Source of the DNA: Tubulanus polymorphus
Taxonomy: Eukaryota; Animalia; Nemertea
Direction of reading: 5' to 3'
NCBI RefSeq assembly: GCF_964204645.1
Contig: NC_134027.1
Span: 13,548,485 to 13,612,484, forward strand
DNA: 64,000 bases
Each line of letters begins with the position of its first letter. The first letter of the stretch is position 1. Positions 24,399-36,100 of the stretch are shown piece by piece. The notes below the pieces were generated by a model, which had not been told where the DNA came from, did not search any database, and was given only the letters and a program-made list of their open reading frames with translations. A program made the translations under genes and the position numbers.

Positions 24399-24667
24399 AT
24401 AAACCGGACGTAATCTGACGTCATTTTTTTCCTGACTTGTTAGTAAGTCAGAATCGGTTAAGAAGACACATTCTAGAATCCACATACACGCGTTTATCAA
24501 AGGGACGTCCACCCGGCGTCCGTCTATTAACTGTATTTTGTCAAATGAATTTATTTAGACATAAGAATTTGTTTACTTGTCACTGCTCAATGACCTTGAG
24601 ATAATTAACATTTAAACTTTGTTTGTAACCAAACTCGTGACCGGTTAGTTCGAACCCCAATAAAATG

Positions 24668-24727
24668 AAAAGAACGACACCCGCACGAACAGTTCTTAAG
24701 AACCGTTCGGGCGGGTGTCGTTCTTTT
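24668..24727. repeat. 60-bp near-perfect palindrome centred on CTTAAG
   Basis: aaaagaacgacacccgcacgaacagttctt|aagaaccgttcgggcgggtgtcgttctttt, two mismatches. Confidence 0.9.
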
Positions 24728-25101
24728 TTATAAACCAAGAACGGAACTAATTTTCAGCCGCCCGGTTGGCAGGTTTTTATTTTACTGGCCGGAAATTAGA
24801 AAGAAGTAGCCTATTTTTTGACTGCGTGTAAAAAACCGAATTACATTTTTCAAAAGTTAAGTGGGCTAGGCCTAAAATATACTGTCTTGCCAGGGTTTTG
24901 ATTGCCTCCTGCCCGATTGCCTCTGGAAATCATGCATTTTCAAATGCCGCTACGTAGGCCTATAGGCTAAACAAACCTGGACAAGACTGAGAGGATTATG
25001 CCTAGGCCTAGGCCTAACGGTGTAGTAGATTTCTTTTTTTTCAACAGGGACCTTTTTTCAATAACGAATAAGGGCTGTTTTCAAACACAGATTGACAATT
25101 A

Positions 25102-25597
25102 GGCCTACGGAATTAAGGTATCAGTTTACCGTTACCTCAAATAGCAAAAGTTTATGAGGGTTTTTTCATTATTGATTATTCATTATTTTGAGTCACAAAA
25201 TAGGCCTATGCAAAACCAAAAAGCTTGAAGTCCAATGATATTGGCTCTATAAGCTGAATAAAGCTTAAATTTATGTTCGATAGATGGCGATAGTAGTAGC
25301 TCAGCTGTCAAAATAACTTCACTGACAATGCAGTCACATTCCGAAAATTATCCCTAAATATCAACACACAAACATTGCCATCTAAACTTCTAATGGCAAT
25401 CTACATCTTAGATATTGATTTGTAAAACATTTTGTCAATGATTTATGTATGTCTTTAGCATTATGTTCATTTTCTGGATCATAACAAACAAATTAGAACA
25501 TAAAAATGAAAAATAATGAAATAATGAAAATTTTCATGAGGGACCTGACGATCCATGCGGCCGGGTGACGGTAATCTGATACCTCAATTCCATAGGC
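25102..25597. mobile_element. MITE-like element with GGCC-terminated TIRs (PIF/Harbinger-like)
   Basis: ggcctacggaattaaggtatcagtttaccgttacc pairs imperfectly with ggtgacggtaatctgatacctcaattccataggcc; no clear TSD. Confidence 0.55.
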
Positions 25598-25599
25598 CA

Positions 25600-27210
25600 A
25601 TCATTCGAAACTCACTCTCAAAAATAGCTCTCTCTAGCATAATACCTAGGAAAGCTGTCACTGCTTCCGCTGCAGATTTCAATGCTGCATCTGAAACGGT
25701 GAATACATATATGGACAAATTCTGTTCTAAACAGAACATCGTGTATATAAACAATGATATCGTTTTCAAACCGTTGGGAGCGATATGAGAGCGTTTCTAT
25801 AATATCAGTGACAACACTGGTATACATCTAAACGACCTTGGGAAATCTGTACTCTCCAAAAACTTCATAGATGCATGGAAGTCTGAATCGGATGCAGATG
25901 TTTTCGTTACTCCAAAGAAGCGAAGAGGCCGGTCATCAACCGAGACCCCACCTAGCGCTGAGAAACAAGCCAAAAAAAACAAAATGTGGACGACAGTTAA
26001 ACGTCTTATGAATTCGCATAGGGCAAGACTAGCGCCCTATTATATAACTGTATCTTGTGACAAATCGTTATTATCCTGGGACATCCGCTCATCCCTATAG
26101 ATCGTGTCTTATGGAAACCGAAATTAAACACCGTAAATACTATTCGTCTACCGAATTTAACGCAAATTCGGAAATACATACATGTAGTAATAATGTTCCT
26201 CTGACTGTTTTTCACGCAAATGTGCGTAGCGCTAGTAAAAACTTTGATAGTCTAACGGATTATTTAAATTTATTAAATTATACATTTTTTATTATTGGAT
26301 TAACAGAAACATGGACCGACGGCAATGTTCCTAAAGAGTCTCTGTACCACCTTCCTAATTACGCTAGTATTTTCTGAAGCAGATCTAATAAAGGAGGGGG
26401 GGAGTTGGTCTTTTGATCAACGACTCAATTCCCTTCAAAATTAGGGAAGATCTATCTATAGCTGAAAACTTATTCATAGAGATCAGTGGTCAAAATTCTA
26501 GAAAGATATTAATAGGTGTGATCAACCGACCACCAGAATCAGATCTTAGTACATTTTTAAGTGAGTTTGAATCCTTAATGGTAAAAATTTCCAATGAGAA
26601 ACTCAATGTTATTTTGATGGGTGATTTCAATATAGACTTTGGTAATTATGGAAATAGTGCTATATGTGACTCTTTTATAAACGAAGCAATTTCTAATTCT
26701 TTTGCTCCGCTTGTTAATCTACCTACTCGGGTCACTGACCACTCAGCGGCCATTATTGATAACATTTTAGTAAATTTCCATGAAGAATTCCAGATATCTA
26801 GCGGTGTATTTTTGGTTGATATCACGGATCACTACCCCGTTTTTGCTATTATCACTGGAATTTTACATGAGGCTAATTCATCGACGCCTAAAATTCAGAT
26901 CCGTAATATAAACCCTAGATCGATCGACCATTTTTCACGCTGTCTTTTAACTAGTAACTGGCAGTGTGTTTACAATAGTAACGACCCCGAAATCTCATAC
27001 AATGAGTTCTATAATATTGTAGATAGTTATTATGAAGCTTGTTTTCCTTATAAGTATATTTCTCCAAAATCCGGTAGCATTAGTAAACCTTGTATCACGT
27101 TTGGAATTAAATGTTCTATAAAACGTAAGGAAAAATTATACAGAAAGTATACAAAGTCCAGGTCTTTACAAAGCATAGAAAATTACTGTAAATATCGTAA
27201 TATTTTAAAT
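25600..27210 (+). mobile_element. Degraded CR1-like LINE: ORF1 esterase C-terminus and ORF2 AP endonuclease, truncated before RT
   Basis: LSSIIPR and GIHLN (SGNH-like); FHANVRS, IGLTETW, GGGVG, NRPP, MGDFNID, TDHYPV. Confidence 0.85.
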
Positions 27211-27413
27211 TCAATTAGAATTGCAAAAGAAAATATTGAAAATATAATAGAATTCACTATATAGTTGAAGGAATTGTTTTTTTTAATACTTTTTATTTAA
27301 ATTAGGATTCAATATCTCACTACTATTGTCTATCTATAGGAGCGGTAACTATAACTGTCCAGATAAGTCATTTCGGATCCTTGATATCAAATCCTCAACT
27401 GAAAATCAATCAA

Positions 27414-27608
27414 TTCGGAAACGCTATGGCCTATTGAATTGAGGTATATTAGTTTACTGTCACCAACCTAGATATTAAATATCGACTTAAAAAACGTTAT
27501 CGATGACATTTATATCTTTTTTTGAAAAACAATGAAATAAATGACCATTTTCAAGCGGGTGACAGTAAACTAATATACCTCAATTCAATAGCCATAGCGT
27601 TTCCGAAA
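27414..27608. mobile_element. Small MITE-like inverted repeat with ~55-bp arms, related to the 25102 element
   Basis: ttcggaaacgctatggcctattgaattgaggtatattagtttactgtcacc and its reverse complement. Confidence 0.7.
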
Positions 27609-27653
27609 TGATGCCGCATCGGTAAATATCCACTTCCCCTTAGAGAAAATAGA

Positions 27654-27830
27654 TTACGAACCTGATGTAGTTGCCTCAACATAATCACTCATCGTAGAAT
27701 GGCTTTTACAAATAACGCTGTGTTTTGATGGTTGCCAGTTCGCCTCTCCCCTTCGAACAGCGGTGATCCAAATCTTGCGTCTCTTCTCATCTCTCGGAAA
27801 GGCATGCCCCCAAGCGTTCCACAAAGTGGA
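27654..27830 (-). pseudogene. THAP domain fragment
   Basis: HAFPRDEKRRKIWITAVRR..WQPSKHSVICKSH. Confidence 0.8.
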
Positions 27831-28339
27831 ACACAACACTCCGTGGGCATTGTTAGATATAATACAACGCTTTAAAGCGTTCAGTAAAAGTGGCGATGCG
27901 CGGTGGTGAATGGCGCCATTGTTCCGGTTCAAAATAACCGAGTTGACGATCAACGCCGCCTGGGAGCAGGTGCGCGAAGGCGGGAGCCCCATTCATTTTC
28001 ACAACAACGCTGGGTTATTTGTATTTATATATATTTAACAACAGCTATGTGACTTTGGAATACTCCGAGCTGTAATAATGTGAAATTCAAGCCACTTCCC
28101 AAACTCACAAGCTATGTTTTGACTTGTGTTAAATTTTAAGCGTAAACCTGGTTCAACTTCAAGTTAATTATGTTCTACGCTAGATATCTTTTAGATAACA
28201 AAATGAAGACGATTGAATCAAGAAGGTGAAGATGGATTCTGAATCAGAAATTATGGATATTTCATCACAAGAGACTGAAGCTGTTTCATCATGCTGTATT
28301 ATATATGCCGGAATTGCGCAGTTGCGCGTACATTAGTCC

Positions 28340-28635
28340 TTCGGCCGTTATTAATGGTGACGGCTGTTCTGTATTGATTGGTTACTGTTAACTGGTATTG
28401 ACGCATGCGCACTGAGCAAAAGCGGTCGTCTAGGACCGGATTTCTATTGTTCTCCATTGTTCTATCTTCGATCGTTGTTGATAGAAACGGCTGTTCTGTA
28501 TTGATTTGTTACAGTTCTATGTTTGAATGTTGTAGCTTACAGAATAAATTATATAATTGACGCATGCGCACTGAGCAAATGCCGTCTTCTTGGACCGGGT
28601 TTCTATTGTTCTCCATTGTTCTATCTTCGATCGCT
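28340..28635. repeat. Imperfect tandem duplication
   Basis: acggctgttctgtattgatt and ttgacgcatgcgcactgagcaaa...ttctatcttcgatcg each occur twice. Confidence 0.75.
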
Positions 28636-29139
28636 ACAATTTGCATTATAAATATATGTGTTTATGAAATAGTAATTCCACCAGGCGTTTCGTTGAATTG
28701 ATTTTCAGTTGAGGATTTGATATCAAGGATCCGAAATGACTTATCTGGACAGTTATAGTTACCGCTCCTATAGATAGACAATAGTAGTGAGATATTGAAT
28801 CCTAATTTAAGTAAAAAGTATTAAAAAAACAATTCCTTCAACTATATAGTGAATTCTATTATATTTTCAATATTTTCTTTTGCAATTCTAATTGACGATA
28901 GATTAAATAGATTTTGATAAGATTTGAATAAAAATTACATATCTTTAAATAGATAGTGAATTCTTCTATTATATTTTTATTTAAAATCTATTATTTCTTT
29001 TCAAAAGGAGAATACTTTATATTTTGAATAGATTTGAATAAAAAACTATAACTTCAACTAGCTAGTATTTAAAATTCTTTAACTTTTTAACTAGCTAGAA
29101 TACTTATAATATTTTTTTCGCTTTTCTCTAATATAAATT

Positions 29140-30830
29140 AATGTAAAAATAATACCGATATTGAAAAGACAATTGAGGATTTAGGTATTACAGATAATAA
29201 AGATACAGTTGTTTCTAATTGTGCTCAAAATAATAATAATATTGATTTTGAATATAATTTAACATGTAAGCACCATCTTGAATTACTAATTGCTGGTGGA
29301 AAATCTAAGGATTTCTTGGGGAAAATTAAAACTTTTCAAGAATTAGATAACATGAAACCAGATAAAGTAATAAAACATTTCAAAATATATGAAGAAGCTA
29401 GATTAGCCAGAATAAACTATTCTATAAGTGATGGAATAGTAAAATGTTACTCTAAATTATGTAACCGGATTATACCATTTGATGATGAAAATAAATTATA
29501 TAGTGATTTAAAAAATGACTACTTGGTTATGACAGAATTACAAAAATGGGTTGGATACGCTTCATTCCAATTAGGAGGAATAATGACGGTGTTGTCATAT
29601 CGCGGAAAGACGGAATCGCGGAATTTTCCAAAAACGCGGAATTTCTTCATTTTAACTATAAATAGTAAACGGGTTTTCCCACGGGGATACCCACTGTCGG
29701 ACAGGGCATCGGACCCAGGTTTTCAACCACGGGAATTAGTATTTGATAATTTATTATATCGCCAGTCAACAACTTAACGATACTGTTCCAAATAATGTAG
29801 AACCTAGGCAATACGTGCTTTGCGAATTCAGTGATACAGAGTATCGCTGCATTAACTGAAGGAATACAAATCGATGGTACGTAAACGTAGGATTTTCGAC
29901 GACACCATGGGTCATTCTCCAGGACTCAGTTCCGAGTTAAGATTTGACTCTGGTCTCTGGATTTAAAACATTGGAAATGAATTGATTCTAAGTAACTCAG
30001 AGTTAACTCACAACTGTGGAACTGGATCGATGTCAGACGAAAATAAATAGACATTATGTACATTTCATTCTGGCTTAGGATTGTTCATGCGTGTTGTGTG
30101 TCTACATTGTTGTTATGAGCGAATGTGGTTTATCTTTTAGAATTAAATGATATGAAAGATTATAAAATGGTTTCGTTTTTTTTAATGTTTTCTTTGTGAC
30201 TGCTATAACATATATGTTCCTATGCTGATTATTTGGATCAAAAGAATCTCATTGGTACCGGTACTGGACGAATTTGACGAAGGAATTTGAACCGCTTCTT
30301 GTTTGGTCGTAGGATTTCATGTTTGCAACCATCTACAACTACGGTCCGACACCGCGAACGTGCTCAATATTTATCTGATAATATTCGTTTCTGAAGTTCT
30401 CAAAAAGTCGATGAACTTCGATAACCGAAGTTTGCCCAGTAGAAATAGACATTAGGTGCCTGGTCTCTTTCACCCCACTTGATTCTGACTTCTTCTACAG
30501 GTGGCAGCCAGTCAACGGTATCGTAATATAATAATTCCATATAAAATTGCCTGCAAATAATGGGACTCGAACCTAACTCGTTGCATCGATCGGTCCGGTG
30601 CCCTGTCCGACAGTTGGTATCCCCGTGGGAAAACCCGTTTTCTATTTAAAGTAAAAATGAAGAAATTCCGCGTTTTTTGAAAATTCGTCTTTCCGCGATA
30701 TGACAACACCGGAATAATGACATTGATTTCTACTGGAGTTATAACATTTTCTAATATCAAACCTATAGTATGTAAAGATAATAAATCAGAAGATATTGAA
30801 TCAGAACAAAAATTAACTAAAATAAATGAG
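29140..30830 (+). pseudogene. Family B homologue of the 201-aa gene, interrupted by an insertion
   Basis: KIYEEARLARIN, LYSDLKNDYLVMT; reading resumes after 30721 (LISTGVITFSNI). Confidence 0.8.
29588..30710. mobile_element. Non-autonomous DNA transposon, Mutator-like, ~125-bp TIRs
   Basis: ggtgttgtcatatcgcggaaagacg at both ends inverted; TSD ggaataatgac (11 bp, or 9 bp if the terminal C/G belong to the TIR). Confidence 0.88.
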
Positions 30831-31190
30831 TGATGATGTTAAGAAGAAGCCTAGATCTGAGAAACAAATTAAATGGACAAGGGTATTGGGTAAAAGATCT
30901 GCAGAATTAAAAATAGCTTAGAAAAAGAAATTAACTGATATAAATGAATCACAGAAATTATCTGTTATTGATTCGAATGATAATCCATCGGATTCTTCTA
31001 ATGCTGGAAGTAATAATAAATTAAATATTAAAATTGGATTAGTAACAGTTATTATATTTTCCGGTGTAATATATAAATATAAGTATAAATCTGATGAAAA
31101 TGATAATGATGATTATGAACCTATTATACCAGGAAATAAATCAAATGATGAAGTCATTGAAACTAAATCTAAATTATTATTAATGGATTA
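30826..31190 (+). pseudogene. Family B homologue of the 126-aa single-TM gene
   Basis: MSDDVKKKPRSEKQIKW similar to VKKKPRSQKQIEW. Confidence 0.7.
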
Positions 31191-32282
31191 AAATAAGATA
31201 AAAAAAGGACAATATTTAAGAGATTTATATTATAACCCAGAGAGTGAAGTATCATATTCTAGCGTTACAGAATTATGGGATAAAATTAAATCTGATAATG
31301 AAAATATAAAATATAGTGAATTAAAATTATGGTTACAAAATCAACCAACATATCAAATCCACAAGAAAATGGATAAAAACAATTTAACGAGAAAAGTTAT
31401 GGTTTCATATATTGACCAACAATGGCAAGCGGATTTAATTAACAGGAAAAACTTAGATGACACAACAAAGGATATTTCTGGATATTAAATGTTATAGATA
31501 TATTCAGTAGATACGCATGGATTATTCCAATTAAAAATAAAACAGGTATAGAAGTTACTAATGCTTTTAAATCAATATTTAAAGAAGCTATTCCAGGTAA
31601 GATACAATTCGATGAAGGTAAGGAATTTTATAATAAACATTTTTAAAAATTATTATCTGATAACGATGTAGATTATTTTTCAACACATTCAGATAAAAAA
31701 GCATCTATTATAGAACGGTTTAATAAAACATTGAAAACTAGAATGTGGAAATATTTTACTGCAAATGAAACATATAAATATACAGATGTATTAGATGATT
31801 TAGTGAAAGGTTATAATAATTCCAAACATAGTTCTATAAATATGAAACCTATACAAGCTAGAAAAGAAGATAATTTAGAAATAGTTTGGAATAATTTATA
31901 TGGAGCATTTGTAACACATGATTTTGGAGAACCTAAATTTAAAATAGGACAAAATTTTAGAATATCTAAATATATAAAAACATTTTATAAAGGTTATACT
32001 CCAAATTTTACTGAAGAAATATTTAAGATTAAAAAGATAATACTTACTAATCCTTTTGTTTATAAATTTGAAGATTTAAAAGATGAAGAAATATTAGGTT
32101 ACTTTTATGAACAAGAATTATCATTTGTACCAAATCCAGATGAAATAGAATACAAAATAGAAAATGTATTGAAAACAAAAAATCTTAAAGGAAAAAAGTA
32201 TTCTCTGGTAAAATATAAAGGGTATGATGATAAATTTAATGAATGGATTTTATCTAGTAAAATTAAAAGAATAAATGAATAA
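31183..32282 (+). pseudogene. Family B rve integrase with chromo-like tail
   Basis: QQWQADL, IDIFSRY, QFDEGKEF, IERFNKTL, LVKYKGYDDKFNEW; several lesions. Confidence 0.9.
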
Positions 32283-32897
32283 AGATTTATTTGTATTTGA
32301 ACCGCATAATATGTTAGTAAGTGGAGTAACAAATTGTGGTAAAACACATTTCATATTAGACTTATTGAAACCATTTATAAGAATCATTTTGATAATATAA
32401 TATTATTTTGCACTACTTATGAAATGAATAAAACATATAATAGAGATATAGTTAAGATAAAAAAGTTCATTATATCAAATCCTAAAATAGTAAAAGAAAA
32501 TTTAGATAATTGTTTTAAAATAGCAATTGATATTTATAAAGGTAAAAAACAAAAAACAAATACATTATTCATTATAGATGATTGTGCTAATCTACATGAT
32601 TCAAAAGTTAGAGAAAGTGAGTTATGCTATTTAGCTTTCTCTGGGAGACATTTTGGGATAACAACATGGGTTTTAAATCAAAAATATAATTCAATTGTTA
32701 AAGATTTTAGGGAGAATATTAGATTTTTAGTTTTATTGTACAATAAAGATAGAAAATCAATGCAACAATCATTGGAAGAAAATCAAATTATACCTACTGA
32801 ATTACATGATGAATATATGAATAAATTAAAAAGTAATAAAGGTTCCAAATTACTTCTGAGGCTTCAATTTCCTTATGAATATAAATTTATAAAATAA
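32275..32897 (+). pseudogene. Family B packaging ATPase
   Basis: GVTNCGKT, FIIDD, SGRHFGI; frameshifted. Confidence 0.88.
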
Positions 32898-32969
32898 GGT
32901 ATTTTAAATAATTATGTATTAGGTACCTTAATTACTTAAAATTTGAAATATTATTGAATTTTGAAGTAT

Positions 32970-33030
32970 GGATGGTACGAGTGTACGAATTGTACGAGTT
33001 GTACGAAAGGTACGAATGGTACGAGTAAAC
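32970..33030. repeat. GTACGA-core ~9-bp repeats; inverted counterpart at 46290-46404
   Basis: ggtacgagtgtacgaattgtacga... versus tcgtacactcgtaccattcgtac... Confidence 0.8.
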
Positions 33031-33059
33031 GAGGGCAACATATATAATTTACATATGTT

Positions 33060-33148
33060 AGTAATAGGAAGATGTGGGTTTCAGATCAGAGGGCGAGAGG
33101 CGAGACACCACTCATCACCACAAGTAATTTTTTCCCCTAATAAATGGG
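33060..33148 (+). repeat. Left TIR of A2
   Basis: Reverse complement of 46063-46152; AG...CT termini. Confidence 0.95.
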
Positions 33149-36100
33149 GGAGAATGAACACCAGCCAGAAAATAATAATGTTAATAAAAATCAATATTAT
33201 TGCACATATTGTAAAAAATACGTCGATACATCTCATAAAACACGACACGAAAAAACTGCAAATCATATAAAAAATGTTATAGATTTTGAAACTCCAGAAA
33301 ATTCCAATGAAAGAAAAGAAAGATTAGAAAATATGAATGTGGATGAAATAAAATGTGAAGTTTGTAATGAATGTATAGTAAAAAGGAATTATAATAGACA
33401 TCTCGAATCACAAAAACACCATCAAAATTTGAGTAATAATGTTTTAGGAAAAGATTATTTTGACGATAAACCTCAAAAAGTAAAAAAACCAACTTCAAAA
33501 ACTAAATCCATTTCAAATAAACCTTACATGGAAAATGTTAGAAATTATATTGATTCACTAGAAATAAAAGATACAATTGAAATTTTAGAAACATTACATA
33601 GTAAAATTGGTCCTGCAGCTATTATATTTAGATTTTTTAAAGGTACAACAATAGAAGATTATAGTACATTTAATGAAATAATAGAAAAAATACTAGATTT
33701 GATAACAGATGTTGAATATCCAAAAATTAGTATCTCTGGGAAAGTAAGTTTTATAAAGTCAGAAGAAAAAATGAATTATAATATTCAAACACACTCTGAA
33801 GAAATAATTTCAAAAACACAAATAAAAGAGAAGTTAGAAAAAATATTTAATGAATTTAAACGTCATATTGAAGAAAGATATTTTGAGGGTTCTGGCTTAA
33901 CATTGAATGAAATTATATATTTAGATTTAAATGTTTATAATACAAAAAAGAAATAAAACATCAAAAAGTAATAAAATGTTTAAAAATGATTCAAACTTAC
34001 AACAGAAAAGGATATTAAAGCATCATCTTATATTAAATTAACATTTACAACAAAAGCAGTAATAAATATTCAAAATGAAGATAATAAATGTTTTCTATGG
34101 TCAATTATTAGTTGCTTACATCCAACACAGGAAAATGTTTGTAGAATAACAGATTATCGGAAATATGAAACATTATATAAAATTGATCAATATCCAGTAA
34201 CTATAAAAATGATTCCTAAAATAGAAAAAGTTAATAATTTAAAAATAAATGTATTTGAATTAATGCAATTACCAAAGACAAAAGGTGAAAATATTAAAGA
34301 TTATACATTGGAAGCTTTATATTTAACAGAATATTATGATGATGAAAATGCTATAGATTTGTTATATTATAAAAAAGATGAAAATGAACATTATATGTGG
34401 TTAAAACAAATTGATTTATTCTTTAGAACAGAAAGTGATCATCATCGTAAAATTTATCTATGTAGAAAATGTTTATCTAAATTTATGACTGAGAATACAT
34501 TATTAAAACATAAAGAATTATGTGATAATAAAGATTTTTGTAAATTAATAATGCCAACAGAAAAAGATTATAAATTGAAATTTACTAATCATATATTTAA
34601 GAATATTGTTCCATTTGTAATTTATGGGGATTTTGAATCGTTGAATAAAGAATTAACTGATAAAATAAAAGAATAGTTATGACAAAAGAAGATGAAATTG
34701 ATTTTAATTATGCAACTCACTGTTGTTATTGTGAAAAACGTTTTTATTCATTTGATAAAAAAGTTAGAGATCATGATCATTTAAATTCAAAATATCGTGG
34801 AGCTGCTCATGAAGATTGTAATTTACAAGCTAAAAAAGTAAATTTCGTACCAATATTATTTCATAATTTATCAGGCTATGATACCCATCTATTTATAAAA
34901 CAATTATCGGGAAAATTGGGCGCAATTAATCAAGAAATAGAAGAATATAATGCTATGAATGGTGTAAATGCAAGAAAATATGATTTTAAACTATTAGCTA
35001 AAACATCTGAAAATTATATTTCATTTCAATTTGGTTGCATTAGATTTTTAGATTCTTATAGATTTCTAGCAAGTTCATTAGATAATTTATCAAAAAGTTT
35101 AGTTGATAATGATTTTGTTATAACTCCATATTATTATCCAAATGAACAAGATTTTAAATTATTGAGATATAAAGGCGCAATTCCTTATTCATTTTATAAA
35201 ACACACAATGATTTTAATGTAACAGAATTATTAAAAGATCAATTTTATGATCAATTAAAAGAGGAGTATGTGACGAAGTGTTTAATAGAACATTAAATAT
35301 TTGGAACCATTTTAAGATGAAAAATCATGGTGAATTAGTTGATTTATATTTAAAATCAGATGTTATGATATTGGCTGACATATTTGAAAAATTTGGAGAA
35401 GTTAATTTGAATCATTTTAATGTTGATCCTTGTTATTGTTATTCAAGTCCTGGTTTAACCTGGCAATGTGGTTTAAAATATACAAATGTAGAATTAGATT
35501 TATTAAAAGAACCAGATATGGTTTTATTATTTGAAAAATCAATTAGAGGTGGAATTAGTGGTGTTATGGGAGATGTTATGGGGTATTTTAAAGCAAATGA
35601 TGAATATAAATTATTATATATTGACGCCAATAATTTATATAGCTGGGCAATGATGCAACCTCAACCGTATAAAAATTTTATATTAACAGAAGTTGAAAAT
35701 GATGATAAAACTAATTGGGAAAGCGCAACTATGAGTTTAGAAGATGAAGCACCAATTGGTTATTTCTTTGTAGTTGTTTTAGAATATCCTGAAAATATAA
35801 AGTTTAAAACAAGAAACTTACCTTATTGTCCAGAACATTTAACTGTAGATGATAGTTATTTAAGTGAATACCAGAAGAAAATAAAACCGAAAGATCATGT
35901 TTTTACAGAAAAATTAATACTTACTCAAAATAATAAATACAATTATATTGTTCATTATAGAATGTTAAAATTTTATCTAAAACAAGGAATGAAATTAAAG
36001 AAAGTACATAGATATATTGAATTTAATCAATCGAAGTGGTTAGAAAAATATATAGATTTCAATACTCAACAGAGAACAATATCAAAAACAGATTTTGAAA

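Larger units (their letters stand above)
27211..28895. repeat. ~200-bp inverted repeat (27211-~27413 and ~28694-28895) around a 1.3-kb core
   Basis: Arms are near-perfect reverse complements. Confidence 0.9.

Noticed and set aside
27343-27362. cggtaactataactgtcc resembles the LSU rRNA / I-CeuI site
   Set aside because: Only ~15 nt match, no flanking rRNA, and the family A homologue differs at this position
32968-33270. 100-aa ORF with VRIVRVVRKVR
   Set aside because: Translation of the GTAC array running across the A2 insertion junction
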